NCBI GenBank assembly: GCA_964622735.1
Contig: CAZUUN010000001.1
Coordinates: 1 to 40,833 of the forward strand
DNA from: an uncultured Burkholderiaceae bacterium
Lineage (GTDB): Bacteria; Pseudomonadota; Gammaproteobacteria; Burkholderiales; Burkholderiaceae_C
Reading direction: 5' to 3'
DNA: 40,833 bases
The position numbers and the translations under genes were made by a program. This document shows positions 9,167-19,443 of this stretch, piece after piece; within the stretch, counting starts at the first letter, position 1, and each line of letters begins with the position of its first letter. The notes under the pieces are model-generated. The model was not told the DNA's origin and did not search any database. It worked only from the letters and a program-made list of their open reading frames with translations.

Positions 9167-10237
9167 TTGAAATCCAGACTGGGGAATCGCATTTTGAAAA
9201 TCGCTACTTACACATTCCGCCGCCTTGCAAGTGCCGCCGCTTGCGCCGTGTTGCTGGGTCTCGCTCCAGCCGTTTATGCTGACGATTACAGTGATGTCAG
9301 TCTCATGTTGCGCAGCGGCCAATTGACCGAGGCCAACACCAAAGTGGATCAAATCCTCAGCGCCAAACCCAACGACCCGCAAATCCGCTTTTTCAAAGGC
9401 GTGATTTTGAGCGAGCAAGCCAAGCCCAATGAAGCCATAGCCGTTTTCACCAAGCTGACGCAAGACTACCCCGAGCTGCCTGAGCCCTACAACAACTTGG
9501 CCGTGCTCTACGCCAGCCAAAACCAATTCGACAAAGCGCGTGCCGCTCTCGAAATGGCGATACGCACCAACCCCAGCTACGCCACTGCGCACGAGAATTT
9601 AGGCGACATTTACGCCAAATTGGCCAGTCAAGCCTATACCAAAGCCCTGCAATTAGACACCTCGAATACGGGCCTGCAACCCAAGCTGTCTTTGATCAAA
9701 GAGCTGTTTGCACCAGGCAGCAAAGCCGTGCGCACTGCGGCCGCCAAAACACCCGTGGTCGCCCCAGTGGCGGCTGCAGCCGTCAAACCGCCCGTGGTCG
9801 CAGCCAGCCCAGCGCCTGCGGTCGCAGCGCTTGCGGTCACCAAAACGCCAGCACTTAAAGAGGATGTCAAAGCCGCCAAGGCCGATGCCAAATCTGAGGA
9901 TGCCGCCGCAGTGGAAGCTGCCGTGCGAGCTTGGGCGCGCGCTTGGTCAAACAAAGACATGAAAGCGTATTACGCTGCTTACGGCAGCGACTTCCGCCCA
10001 GCAGATGGTGCTAGCCGCAGTAATTGGGAAGCCGACCGCAAAGCGCGCATCGTTGGCAAACGCTCGATTGATGTGACGATCAGCAATGTGCGCGTCACCG
10101 TCGAAGGCAATAAAGCCACCGCTCGCTTCCGCCAAGATTACCGTGGCGACGCCCTCAAAATCAGCAGCAACAAATCCCTCGGTTTGGCCAAAGCCGGCAA
10201 TAAGTGGGTGATCGTGCGCGAGCTCGCGGGCAACTGA
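9167..10237 (+). CDS. secreted TPR-repeat protein with Ala/Pro/Val linker and C-terminal NTF2/SnoaL-like domain (L,D-transpeptidase-associated type)
   Basis: No ATG available: TTG at 9167, or in-frame TTG at 9194 preceded by GGGGA. Signal peptide ...LLGLAPAVYA/DD. TPR region (NPSYATAHENLGDIYAKL). C-terminal AVRAWARAWSNKDMKAYYAAY...WVIVRE. Confidence 0.7.
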   Translation: MKSRLGNRILKIATYTFRRLASAAACAVLLGLAPAVYADDYSDVSLMLRSGQLTEANTKVDQILSAKPNDPQIRFFKGVILSEQAKPNEAIAVFTKLTQDYPELPEPYNNLAVLYASQNQFDKARAALEMAIRTNPSYATAHENLGDIYAKLASQAYTKALQLDTSNTGLQPKLSLIKELFAPGSKAVRTAAAKTPVVAPVAAAAVKPPVVAASPAPAVAALAVTKTPALKEDVKAAKADAKSEDAAAVEAAVRAWARAWSNKDMKAYYAAYGSDFRPADGASRSNWEADRKARIVGKRSIDVTISNVRVTVEGNKATARFRQDYRGDALKISSNKSLGLAKAGNKWVIVRELAGN

Positions 10238-10311
10238 TCGCCCGCACTTGGCCTTAGTCCGCCCTGTTTGCCAGGCGCTTGCAGCAGCGCCCTTACAATA
10301 GGCTTTTGCAC

Positions 10312-10349
10312 AGCAGTGCCCCGCACCGTTTCGTGCGGCACTGCTTTTT
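10312..10349 (+). terminator. rho-independent terminator after the TPR gene
   Basis: AGCAGTGCC(cc)GCAC - cgtttc - GTGCGGCACTGCT, followed by TTTTTAGTTTTT. Confidence 0.6.
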
Positions 10350-10366
10350 AGTTTTTATAGCCCCTT

Positions 10367-11611
10367 ATGCCGGTATTTCGTTCTAGCAAGTTTTTGCTGG
10401 CCTTCGCTTTGATTTTCACTCTGCTGACCGCGCAAGCTAAGGATCCGCAGGCGGCTGGGGCGACGAGCAAAGATCAGCGTTACACCAAAGGGCTGAGCGG
10501 TCATCAAATCGAAGCGCGGCTGCTGGAAATCTACCAGCACATCGATCGCACCCAAAACCGCCAAGCGCTGGCCTTGGCCGAAAAGCTGGTGCAGCAGCAA
10601 CCCAACTTCCAACTCGGGCAACTGCTTTACGCCGACTTGCTGCTGGCGCAAACACGGCCTGTAGCCATACCCGGCAGCGCGCCCGAGGCGCTCTCGCGCG
10701 CCGCGCCTGGCGTCGTGACCGATTTGCGGGCTGAGGCCAAAGCCCGTATCAAAGCCCTGCAAGAGCGCCCACCAGCCGGCAGCTTGCCCGAAAATTTTCT
10801 CGCTCTGTCTCCACGCAACCAACAAGCGATTGCGGTAGATGTGGGCAAATCACGCCTTTATTTCTTTCAGCGCGACGCCAGCGGTCAGTTACAGCTCACG
10901 GGTGACTATTACATCTCGATCGCGCGCTTAGGCGCCATCAAACGCAATGAAGGCGACCTGCGTACACCGCTAGGCCCTTACTTCATCACATCGCGCTTAT
11001 TCCCTAGCCAGCTCGATTCTTTTTACGGCGCTGGTGCCCTGCCCCTCAACTACCCCAACCCTTATGACTTGCGCCGCGGCAAAACAGGCAGCGGGATTTG
11101 GCTACATGGCACACCGCCCGCGCAATACTCGCGTGCACCACGCGCCTCTGAGGGCTGCGTCGTACTGACGAATCCCGATTTTCATGCTTTGGCAGAAGTC
11201 GCCAAGCAACGCACCACGCCCGTAGTGATTACGCACCAAATTAATTGGGTGGCTCGCGCTCAAGGCAAATGGCAGGCCGATTTTGACCAAACTTGGCTCG
11301 CTTGGCGTGCGCACAAACTGCAAGCCGACATGCCGGCTTTGGCAGACCACTACTACGCCAACTTCGTCGGCTCGGACAAAAAAAATTGGTCGGCTTTTTA
11401 CCGCCAAATCAAAGACGAAATCAAAAAAGGCGTACGCATCAGCGACAAAATACCTGAAGTCAGCCGCATTTACTGGCGCGAATCGGCACAGGAAGAACTC
11501 GTGGTCACCACTTTTTCGCACTTCGTTGCAGGCAAGGGCAAAGAGCGGCGACAATACTGGCTGCGCAAGGCTGGCCTGCCTTGGCGTATCATTTTCGAGG
11601 CTGATTTATAA
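10367..11611 (+). CDS. L,D-transpeptidase family protein (YkuD domain)
   Basis: 414 aa with signal peptide. YkuD catalytic signature GIWLHGTP....SEGCVVL. Confidence 0.85.
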   Translation: MPVFRSSKFLLAFALIFTLLTAQAKDPQAAGATSKDQRYTKGLSGHQIEARLLEIYQHIDRTQNRQALALAEKLVQQQPNFQLGQLLYADLLLAQTRPVAIPGSAPEALSRAAPGVVTDLRAEAKARIKALQERPPAGSLPENFLALSPRNQQAIAVDVGKSRLYFFQRDASGQLQLTGDYYISIARLGAIKRNEGDLRTPLGPYFITSRLFPSQLDSFYGAGALPLNYPNPYDLRRGKTGSGIWLHGTPPAQYSRAPRASEGCVVLTNPDFHALAEVAKQRTTPVVITHQINWVARAQGKWQADFDQTWLAWRAHKLQADMPALADHYYANFVGSDKKNWSAFYRQIKDEIKKGVRISDKIPEVSRIYWRESAQEELVVTTFSHFVAGKGKERRQYWLRKAGLPWRIIFEADL

Positions 11612-11671
11612 ATTGGCCACCTGCTAGTCGCAGCATTTTGTATTTATTCATCCATTAGAGGAGTCCTCATC

Positions 11672-12316
11672 ATGAAAAAAAGCGTACTCAAACTCGGCGT
11701 CAGTTTGTTCATGCTCGCAGCCGCAGGTGCTGCTTGGGCGCAAGACCGTGTCAAACTCGTGACCAGCATGGGTGACATCGTGGTCGAACTCGATGCGGCG
11801 AAAGCCCCGAAAACAGTGGCTAATTTCAAGCAATATGTGAGCGATAAGCATTACGACGGCACCATTTTTCACCGCGTGATTGACGGCTTCATGGTGCAAG
11901 GCGGCGGTATGGACGCCCAAATGCAAGAGCGCAAAACGCGCGCGCCGGTGGAGCTTGAAGCGGGCAATGGCTTGCTCAATGACCGTGGCACCATCGCCAT
12001 GGCGCGCACCAACGAGCCGAACTCGGCCACCTCACAGTTCTTTATCAACTTGGTGGACAATGGTTTCTTAAACGCCAGCCCGTCTAACCCCGGCTACACC
12101 GTCTTTGGCAAAGTGGTGCAAGGCATGGATGTGGTCGACAAGATTCGCAAGGTAGCCACGGGCAATAGCGGTATGCACCAGAATGTGCCAACGCAAGCGG
12201 TCACTCTGCAATCAGCCACGCTTTTGAGCGACAAAGCCCCGGCCAAAGCCAACAGCAAAAAAACGGCGTCTAAAGCTGCCTCTAAAGCCGCCAGCAAAGC
12301 GGCTACTGCTAAATAA
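11672..12316 (+). CDS. ppiA: periplasmic peptidyl-prolyl cis-trans isomerase (cyclophilin type) with Lys/Ala-rich C-terminal tail
   Basis: Signal peptide [25 protein letters not shown]. Cyclophilin core ([24 protein letters not shown]). GAGGAG RBS upstream. Confidence 0.92.
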   Translation: MKKSVLKLGVSLFMLAAAGAAWAQDRVKLVTSMGDIVVELDAAKAPKTVANFKQYVSDKHYDGTIFHRVIDGFMVQGGGMDAQMQERKTRAPVELEAGNGLLNDRGTIAMARTNEPNSATSQFFINLVDNGFLNASPSNPGYTVFGKVVQGMDVVDKIRKVATGNSGMHQNVPTQAVTLQSATLLSDKAPAKANSKKTASKAASKAASKAATAK

Positions 12317-12332
12317 TACATTTTCAAGCCCT

Positions 12333-13358
12333 ATGAGCACTCCTATTTCGTACAAAGACGCGGGCGTTGATATTGACGCTGGCGATGCCTTAATCGAACG
12401 CATCAAACCGCTAGCGAAAAAAACCATGCGCGAAGGGGTGCTCGCGGGCATCGGCGGTTTTGGTGCTTTGTTTGAAGTGCCCAAACGCTACCAAGAGCCT
12501 GTTTTGGTCAGTGGTACCGACGGTGTCGGCACCAAACTCAAGCTTGCTTTCGAATGGAATATGCACGACACCGTCGGCATCGATTTGGTCGGCATGAGCG
12601 TGAACGATGTGCTGGTGCAAGGCGCCGAGCCTTTGTTCTTTCTGGACTATTTCGCCTGCGGCAAGCTCGATGTGGATACCGCTGCGGCCGTGGTCGGTGG
12701 CATCGCCAAGGGCTGCGAACTCTCAGGCTGCGCCCTGATTGGCGGCGAAACGGCTGAAATGCCTGGCATGTACCCGGCGGGCGAGTACGACTTGGCTGGC
12801 TTTTGCGTTGGCGCGGTCGAAAAAAGCAAAATCTTGACGGGCAAAAACATCGCCAGCGGTGATGTCGTTTTGGGCTTGGCTTCGCACGGCGTACACAGCA
12901 ATGGCTTTAGCTTGGTGCGCAAATGCATCGAGCGCGCAGGCGATAATTTACCCGCCACTTTGGACGGCAAGCCTTTCAAAGAAGCCCTGATGATGCCCAC
13001 GCGTCTCTATGTCAAAAATGTGTTGGCCGCTTTGGCGCAGCATGGCATCAAAGCCTTGGCGCACATCACGGGCGGCGGCTTGCTTGAAAATATTCCACGC
13101 GTGCTACCTGAAGGCCTGAGCGCCCACATCCAACAAGACGCTTGGCCACAAACGGAATTGTTTGCCTGGCTGCAAAAAACCGCCGGTATTGATGCGCGCG
13201 AGATGAACCGCACCTTCAACAATGGCATCGGCATGGTGGTGGTGATTGCCGCGGATGAGGCCCAGGCTTGTGCCCAAACCTTGCGCGACTTGGGCGAAAC
13301 GGTTTACACCATCGGCAAGATTGCCCCGCGCACGGCTGACGCGGTTGTGTTGGTCTAA
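12333..13358 (+). CDS. purM: phosphoribosylformylglycinamidine cyclo-ligase (AIR synthetase)
   Basis: 341 aa. [22 protein letters not shown]-terminus and [10 protein letters not shown] motif. Confidence 0.97.
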   Translation: MSTPISYKDAGVDIDAGDALIERIKPLAKKTMREGVLAGIGGFGALFEVPKRYQEPVLVSGTDGVGTKLKLAFEWNMHDTVGIDLVGMSVNDVLVQGAEPLFFLDYFACGKLDVDTAAAVVGGIAKGCELSGCALIGGETAEMPGMYPAGEYDLAGFCVGAVEKSKILTGKNIASGDVVLGLASHGVHSNGFSLVRKCIERAGDNLPATLDGKPFKEALMMPTRLYVKNVLAALAQHGIKALAHITGGGLLENIPRVLPEGLSAHIQQDAWPQTELFAWLQKTAGIDAREMNRTFNNGIGMVVVIAADEAQACAQTLRDLGETVYTIGKIAPRTADAVVLV

Positions 13359-13367
13359 AGACAGTAA

Positions 13368-13413
13368 GCAAAGCGCTGCGGCACTTGTCACAGCGGCTTT
13401 GCATCATTTTTTT
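13368..13413 (+). terminator. probable terminator after purM
   Basis: GCAAAGC-G-CTG...CAGC-G-GCTTTGC forms a 7+4 bp stem with a bulge and a 12-nt loop. ATCA and a T7 run follow. Confidence 0.45.
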
Positions 13414-13430
13414 GATCAAAATAGTCGATT

Positions 13431-13470
13431 TTCCGCACTAAGCCTGCCTGAGCAGCTACGAAATAAATAG
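13431..13470 (+). repeat. dispersed intergenic repeat, copy C (degenerate 5' half)
   Basis: 13443..13458 reads CCTGCCTGAGCAGCTA and is followed by CGAAATAAATAG, as in copies A and H. The left half is diverged (CCGCACTAAG). Lies between purM and the membrane protein gene. Confidence 0.8.
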
Positions 13471-13487
13471 TAAACAGCCAAGGCTCT

Positions 13488-15257
13488 ATGCTGAATCAGC
13501 ACCCCGCGCATTTGCTCAAACGCCCCTCGCCCGCCATCGTGGCGCAAGACGCGGTTTGGCGCTTGCCCCGCTGGCTGCTGTGGGCCTTGTGCGCGCTCTA
13601 CATCTCCACGGGTTTCATCTGGCGCGATCCGTGGAAAAGTGCCGACATCATTACCGTCGGCTTTATGCAGGCTTTGGCCGAAGGCCGTAGCAGCTGGCTG
13701 CACCCGATGCTGCTTGACCACGCAGCGCCCGCATTCACTTGGCTACCTTATTATTTAGGCGCGATCAGCATCAAGCTCAGCCCTGGCTTTATTCCGCTGG
13801 ACATGGCGGCGCGCATTCCCTTCGCCCTGCTGCTGCTCGGCACCCTGATGGCGGTTTGGTACGCCACCTATTTGCTCGCACGCGCGCCTGATGCCCAGCC
13901 ACTGCCCTTTGCGCTTGGGGGCGAAGCGCGACCCGTAGACTACGGTCGCACCGTGGCTGACGGCAGCTTACTTGCAATCATGGCGACTTTGGGTTTGGCG
14001 CAACTCGGGCACGAAGCCTCGCCCACGCTCGCGCGCTTGTTTTTTGTGGCGCTATGGCTTTATGGCGCGGCGGCGCAAGAGCTGCGCCCGCGCAAAGCAT
14101 TTTGGGCTGCCAGCTGCGCCAGCCTAGGGCTAGCCTTTAGCGGCGCGCCGCTACTGGCTTTGCTCTTGGCGGCGCTGCTGCTGTTCACCAAACGCTTGCA
14201 AGCCCCCGCCGCCGATAAGGCGCATGCACAGCGCCAAGCGCAGCAACACCAAAAGATTTTCCTCATCGCGCTTGCTGCTTGCTGTGCCAGCATCCTGCTG
14301 CAAGCGCTGCAAGTGGGTAGCCTAGGCGCTGTCGCCGTTACTTGGTGGCAAAGTGTGCAAATGCGCCCTGCCGCCTCTCTGGGGCGTTTGCTGGCTTGGT
14401 TTTTATGGCCCACGGGTTTGATGGCCGTCGTGGCATTAGTCGTGTGGCGGCGCTGGTGGCGCAGTCCGCACATTTTGCTGCCGGCTTCGATCGCACTCCT
14501 CACCTCGGTTCAAATTTTCTTTAACTGGCAAAGCGACCGCGCCCTCTTGCTCGCCACACCCGCGCTTGCGGTACTCGCAGCCATGTATTTGCCTGCCATG
14601 CGCCGCACCATTTCGGCTTGGATCGACTGGTTTGCGTTGCTGTTTTTCAGCAGCTGCGCGCTGCTGATGTGGGGCGTATGGCTCTCGCTACAGACTGGCT
14701 GGCCGGCGCAACCGGCGCGCAATGTCGAGCGCTTGCTGCCTGGTTTTAACTACGACAGCAATTGGTGGGGCTTTGCCGCTGCCCTGCTGGCAAGCCTGCT
14801 GTGGGTGCGCCTGATTCATTGGCGTGTCGGCCGTGACCGCTCGGCACTGTGGAAGAGTTTGGCCCTGCCAGCGGGCGGCGCCGCGCTGTGCTGGCTCTTG
14901 CTCATGAGCTTGTGGTTCCCCATGCTCAACTACGCACGCGGCTATGCATCGATGATGCAATTGATGCAAAACCATGTGGCACAAGCGCCCGCTGCTGTGC
15001 AAGACCAAGCCGACTGCGCGTATGTCTACCGCGTCACGCCTGAGCAAACTGCCGCTTTGTATTTTTACAAGCCGCTTCCCATCTACGCTTACCAAGCGCC
15101 GTATGAGCAAGACTGTCGCTGGTTTTTGATTTCCCCTGAGAGCATCGGCCACATGCCTGACTTGGTTGGTGAACAACTGTGGGAGCTGCAAGCGACCATC
15201 TTGCGCCCCTCAGACAAAGACGAGTATTTGATGCTCTACAAGCGCGCTGCGCCCTAG
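13488..15257 (+). CDS. polytopic membrane protein, possibly GT-C fold (ArnT/PMT-like) glycosyltransferase
   Basis: 589 aa with about 12 hydrophobic segments. First-loop motif WRDPWKSADIITVGFMQAL resembles the DE/DxD loop of family 39/83 glycosyltransferases. C-terminal soluble domain. Function is inferred only. Confidence 0.45.
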   Translation: MLNQHPAHLLKRPSPAIVAQDAVWRLPRWLLWALCALYISTGFIWRDPWKSADIITVGFMQALAEGRSSWLHPMLLDHAAPAFTWLPYYLGAISIKLSPGFIPLDMAARIPFALLLLGTLMAVWYATYLLARAPDAQPLPFALGGEARPVDYGRTVADGSLLAIMATLGLAQLGHEASPTLARLFFVALWLYGAAAQELRPRKAFWAASCASLGLAFSGAPLLALLLAALLLFTKRLQAPAADKAHAQRQAQQHQKIFLIALAACCASILLQALQVGSLGAVAVTWWQSVQMRPAASLGRLLAWFLWPTGLMAVVALVVWRRWWRSPHILLPASIALLTSVQIFFNWQSDRALLLATPALAVLAAMYLPAMRRTISAWIDWFALLFFSSCALLMWGVWLSLQTGWPAQPARNVERLLPGFNYDSNWWGFAAALLASLLWVRLIHWRVGRDRSALWKSLALPAGGAALCWLLLMSLWFPMLNYARGYASMMQLMQNHVAQAPAAVQDQADCAYVYRVTPEQTAALYFYKPLPIYAYQAPYEQDCRWFLISPESIGHMPDLVGEQLWELQATILRPSDKDEYLMLYKRAAP

Positions 15258-15281
15258 CAACTCCGCCTTGGCTCTGGGGTT

Positions 15282-16433
<1,152 letters not shown>

Positions 16434-16465
16434 TTATCTATTTGTCAGCTCGTGCTGACCAAAAG

Positions 16466-16491
16466 CAAAGCCCCGTTGTTGCGGGGCTTTG
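16466..16491 (-). terminator. hairpin/partial terminator between rpmA and obg
   Basis: The minus strand reads CAAAGCCCCG-caacaa-CGGGGCTTTG followed by CTTTTGG. A second 6-bp hairpin (GTCAGC-acga-GCTGAC on the minus strand) lies at 16444..16459. Confidence 0.55.
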
Positions 16492-16510
16492 GCCAAAGGT
16501 TAGCAGCGAA

Positions 16511-16774
16511 TTAAGCTGCAACCGGGGTGATTACCACCATTTTTTTGTTCAAAGCGCCTTGTTGGCGGAATGAAACCGTGCCATCAACCAGTGCGAACAG
16601 GCTGTGGTCTTTGCCGCAACCAACGTTCAAACCAGGGTGGAATTTAGTACCGCGCTGGCGCACGATGATAGAGCCAGCTGACACAGTCTGACCACCGAAG
16701 GCTTTAACGCCCAACATCTTCGGGTTCGAGTCACGACCATTTCGCGTAGAGCCGCCGCCTTTTTTTTGTGCCAT
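16511..16774 (-). CDS. rpmA: 50S ribosomal protein L27
   Basis: 87 aa. [24 protein letters not shown]. Confidence 0.97.
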   Translation of the reverse strand: MAQKKGGGSTRNGRDSNPKMLGVKAFGGQTVSAGSIIVRQRGTKFHPGLNVGCGKDHSLFALVDGTVSFRQQGALNKKMVVITPVAA

Positions 16775-16788
16775 GGTGACTGAACTCC

Positions 16789-17133
16789 TTACTTAGCTTC
16801 TGCTTTAGAAACGCCACCTTTACCGTCGGCGATCTCGAGGATCTGCACTTCGGTGTAGTTTTGGCGGTGGCCTTGGCGTTTTTGGTAATGTTTACGGCGG
16901 CGCATTTTGAAAATGCGAACTTTCTCACCACGACCATGCGCAACAACCGTTGCTTTAATAGATGCACCAGACACAAGCGGCGCGCCAATGATGAGTTCGC
17001 TGCCCGTACCAACGGCCAAGATCTCACCAAAAGTCACATCACCACCTACGTCCGCAGCGATCTGTTCTATTTTCAATTTATCGCCGGCGACAACGCGATA
17101 CTGCTTGCCACCAGTTTTTATGACTGCGTACAT
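16789..17133 (-). CDS. rplU: 50S ribosomal protein L21
   Basis: ATG at 17133 gives [14 protein letters not shown] (114 aa). The longer ORF reaching 17205 is an upstream extension. Confidence 0.95.
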   Translation of the reverse strand: MYAVIKTGGKQYRVVAGDKLKIEQIAADVGGDVTFGEILAVGTGSELIIGAPLVSGASIKATVVAHGRGEKVRIFKMRRRKHYQKRQGHRQNYTEVQILEIADGKGGVSKAEAK

Positions 17134-17160
17134 AGAAATTCCTAATATTTTAGAATTTCT
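17134..17160 (-). promoter_or_regulatory. leader hairpin abutting the rplU start codon and covering part of its Shine-Dalgarno
   Basis: The mRNA reads AGAAAUUC-uaaaauauuag-GAAUUUCU-AUG. This is an 8-bp stem (17134..17141 pairing with 17153..17160). The AGGA SD straddles the loop and the 3' arm. Confidence 0.4.
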
Positions 17161-17188
17161 GCACAAACCATTTTGCACAGAGCTAGAG

Positions 17189-17218
17189 ATTGTATACCAA
17201 ATCAAGCACTTAGCGCAA
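17189..17218 (-). promoter_or_regulatory. candidate sigma-70 promoter for rplU-rpmA(-obg)
   Basis: On the minus strand, TTGCGC (17218..17213), an 18-nt spacer, then TACAAT (17194..17189). Sequence match only. Confidence 0.35.
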
Positions 17219-17228
17219 ATCTGACAGT

Positions 17229-18284
17229 CTAAAAAACCCTATAAGAGCGCAGCTCACGCGTCAGCCAGGCGTAGTAAACAGGCGCTGCCACCAAACCGGC
17301 GATGCCAAAGCCTGATTCCATGATGAGCATGATGGCCAATAGCTCGTAGGTTCGAACCCGCAGTTTGTCGCCCATGATTTTGGCGTTGATGAAGTACTCG
17401 AGCTTGTGCACGCCCACCAAAAAAGCCAAAGAAGTGATGGCCAGCCAAGGCGAAATGGTCAAGCTGACCAAGGTGATGGCGGTGTTAGAAACCAAATTGC
17501 CCACGATAGGCAGCAGGCCCGCCAAAAAAGTCAAGACGATGAGGGCCATCGCCAGCGGAATTTTGTAGCCAAACAGCGGCAGCAGCACGAGCAGATAGAT
17601 GCCGGTCAGCACGGTGTTGACGATAGAGATGCGCAATTGTGCTGAGACGACATCTTTAAACGCCTCATACAACTGCTGCATGCGACCGCGCCACGCTTGC
17701 GAAAAAGCCGTGCCAGAGCCGACGCCCGCCAAGGGTGTAGACCCCGCCAAAAAACCGATGACGACGCCGATGATGATGTGGGCCAGCGCCCGCGCGGTGG
17801 TGGTGCCCCAAATTTTCAATTTATCGGGGTTGTCGTCTGACCACGCCAGCAACAAAGCTTGGGCTTGCTGCGCGTCTTGCGGCATTTTTTCTAAGATCCA
17901 GTTGGGCAGATAAGCATCGAAGCCATGCACGGTGAGCAAAATACTCTCGAGCAAATGCGTCAACTTGCCGCTGCCCCAAGCCTCGTGCAACTCAAACAGG
18001 CCGATGTAGACAAACCAAACAAAAACAGCCGTCGTAAACAGCACCACCAGTAAAGCAATCACTTCAGCCACACGCGGGGCAAAGTAGCGCTGCAAGGCAG
18101 TGACTAAAACTTGATGGATGGAATAAGTCGCCAAGGCACACAACAAGCCCAGCAAAAGATGCAAATGCAAAACCGCCACTAGTAACACTGCCGCTAAGGC
18201 GAAAGCGCCCCACTGCATCCGCGTCACGGGTGCGTGCGCCAAGGGGCTGTCGAGCGGTGGCAAACTTTGCTTGGGTGTTATCAT
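17229..18284 (-). CDS. AI-2E (PerM/UPF0118) family transporter
   Basis: 351 aa, about 8 TM. C-terminal pattern [10 protein letters not shown]...[18 protein letters not shown]...[13 protein letters not shown] fits the AI-2E family. Confidence 0.65.
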   Translation of the reverse strand: MITPKQSLPPLDSPLAHAPVTRMQWGAFALAAVLLVAVLHLHLLLGLLCALATYSIHQVLVTALQRYFAPRVAEVIALLVVLFTTAVFVWFVYIGLFELHEAWGSGKLTHLLESILLTVHGFDAYLPNWILEKMPQDAQQAQALLLAWSDDNPDKLKIWGTTTARALAHIIIGVVIGFLAGSTPLAGVGSGTAFSQAWRGRMQQLYEAFKDVVSAQLRISIVNTVLTGIYLLVLLPLFGYKIPLAMALIVLTFLAGLLPIVGNLVSNTAITLVSLTISPWLAITSLAFLVGVHKLEYFINAKIMGDKLRVRTYELLAIMLIMESGFGIAGLVAAPVYYAWLTRELRSYRVF

Positions 18285-18326
18285 GCCCGCATTATGCCTT
18301 TGGTCTTAATACTCAGCCGCAGCAAA

Positions 18327-18372
18327 CACTATATTTTTAATAGCTTCTCAGGCAGGTTTGGCGGCTTAAAAT
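18327..18372 (-). repeat. dispersed intergenic repeat, copy D (short form)
   Basis: Core at 18341..18365; its reverse complement is GCCGCCAAACCTGCCTGAGAAGCTA (one core mismatch). Lies between the AI-2E gene and the hypothetical gene. Confidence 0.88.
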
Positions 18373-18439
18373 AAAGAAATGGCTTCAAATATTGCCCTAC
18401 TGAGCCTAGGAGCAACCACGCATTCGGTGGATGGCGCTT

Positions 18440-19234
18440 TCAGCGTTTGAACGCATCCGCATGTTGCAGCGCCAGCTGCGCGGCAGTCTGGAAAGTTTGC
18501 AGGGCATGCTCGAGCAAAAAAGTGTCGTCAATAAAACGCATGCGCAAATACAGCTTGCCGCGCACCAACATCAGCACCACCGCGCGATTGGCGTCGTAGC
18601 GCGGCCAAGTCAGCAGCAACTGCATCAGCTCGGGCTGGCAGATGAGCTGGGCATGTTGCTCCTCTTCCGCCAGCACAGCGTAATCGGCAGCGAAACGCGC
18701 TGGTGCATGGGGAATGCGTACTTCGCTGAACAGATTCATCCACAACACTTCTTCTGGCTGCTGTATGTCCACGCTGGCCATGGTGCTGTCGGCAAAGCCT
18801 GATTGGGCTTGGTGGTGCACATCCATTTTGAGGGTGCGGTTGACCAGCAAAAAAGCGACGTCGGGGGGCAGATCCAACTCAGCGCGCGCACGCAATTCGA
18901 TACCGCGGATGTAATTGCGCGATGGATAGCCGCGCTCGAACTTGGACAACTTGCCGTTGATATGGCCGTCGAGGGTGTAGCCTTTATTGCCTTCGCGCTC
19001 TGTGAATTTATACGCATAGGCTTGCGCAATCCACTGCACTTGGCCTAAGTGCTCAGCCGTCAGTATCTTGGGCTTGCGCGGCTCGGTGCGCGCTAGCGGG
19101 GCGGAGTTGGACGATTCGGCCTCGGCCTCATCAGGGGCGTCAGCCGCAGCAGTGGCGGGGCTGGGCGCCAGCGCACCAGGCAGCAGCGCTGCAAAGCCCG
19201 AGCGCACAAAGCCATCTTTGATCTTATTGAACAC
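18440..19234 (-). CDS. hypothetical protein (no family recognised)
   Basis: ORF 18440..19252. GTG at 19234 lies 8 nt after a GGAG and is preferred over the TTG at 19252. Acidic/Ala-Pro-rich N-terminal linker, then a roughly 200-aa soluble domain. No TM segment and no signal peptide. Confidence 0.55.
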   Translation of the reverse strand: MFNKIKDGFVRSGFAALLPGALAPSPATAAADAPDEAEAESSNSAPLARTEPRKPKILTAEHLGQVQWIAQAYAYKFTEREGNKGYTLDGHINGKLSKFERGYPSRNYIRGIELRARAELDLPPDVAFLLVNRTLKMDVHHQAQSGFADSTMASVDIQQPEEVLWMNLFSEVRIPHAPARFAADYAVLAEEEQHAQLICQPELMQLLLTWPRYDANRAVVLMLVRGKLYLRMRFIDDTFLLEHALQTFQTAAQLALQHADAFKR

Positions 19235-19374
19235 GGCGAATACTCCAAACAAGAGTGGGTCGCAAAACTGCCGCGACTGGAACGAAGAATGTGCTGACTA
19301 TTCTAGCCAAAGGCGCATGCGGATGGAGCGGGCAACAGCCCGCACAAACCCTAGCGCCGCCCTTGGCAAGCGCC

Positions 19375-19402
19375 AAGAAAAAACCCTGCCGCAGCAGGGT
19401 TT
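19375..19402 (-). terminator. rho-independent terminator after gltA
   Basis: The minus strand reads AAACCCTGC-tgcg-GCAGGGTTT followed by TTTCTT. It is preceded by a second hairpin, GGTCAG-tatt-CTGACC. Confidence 0.8.
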
Positions 19403-19443
19403 CGTTCTGGTCAGAATACTGACCTGTGAAGAGCACAGTCGCT

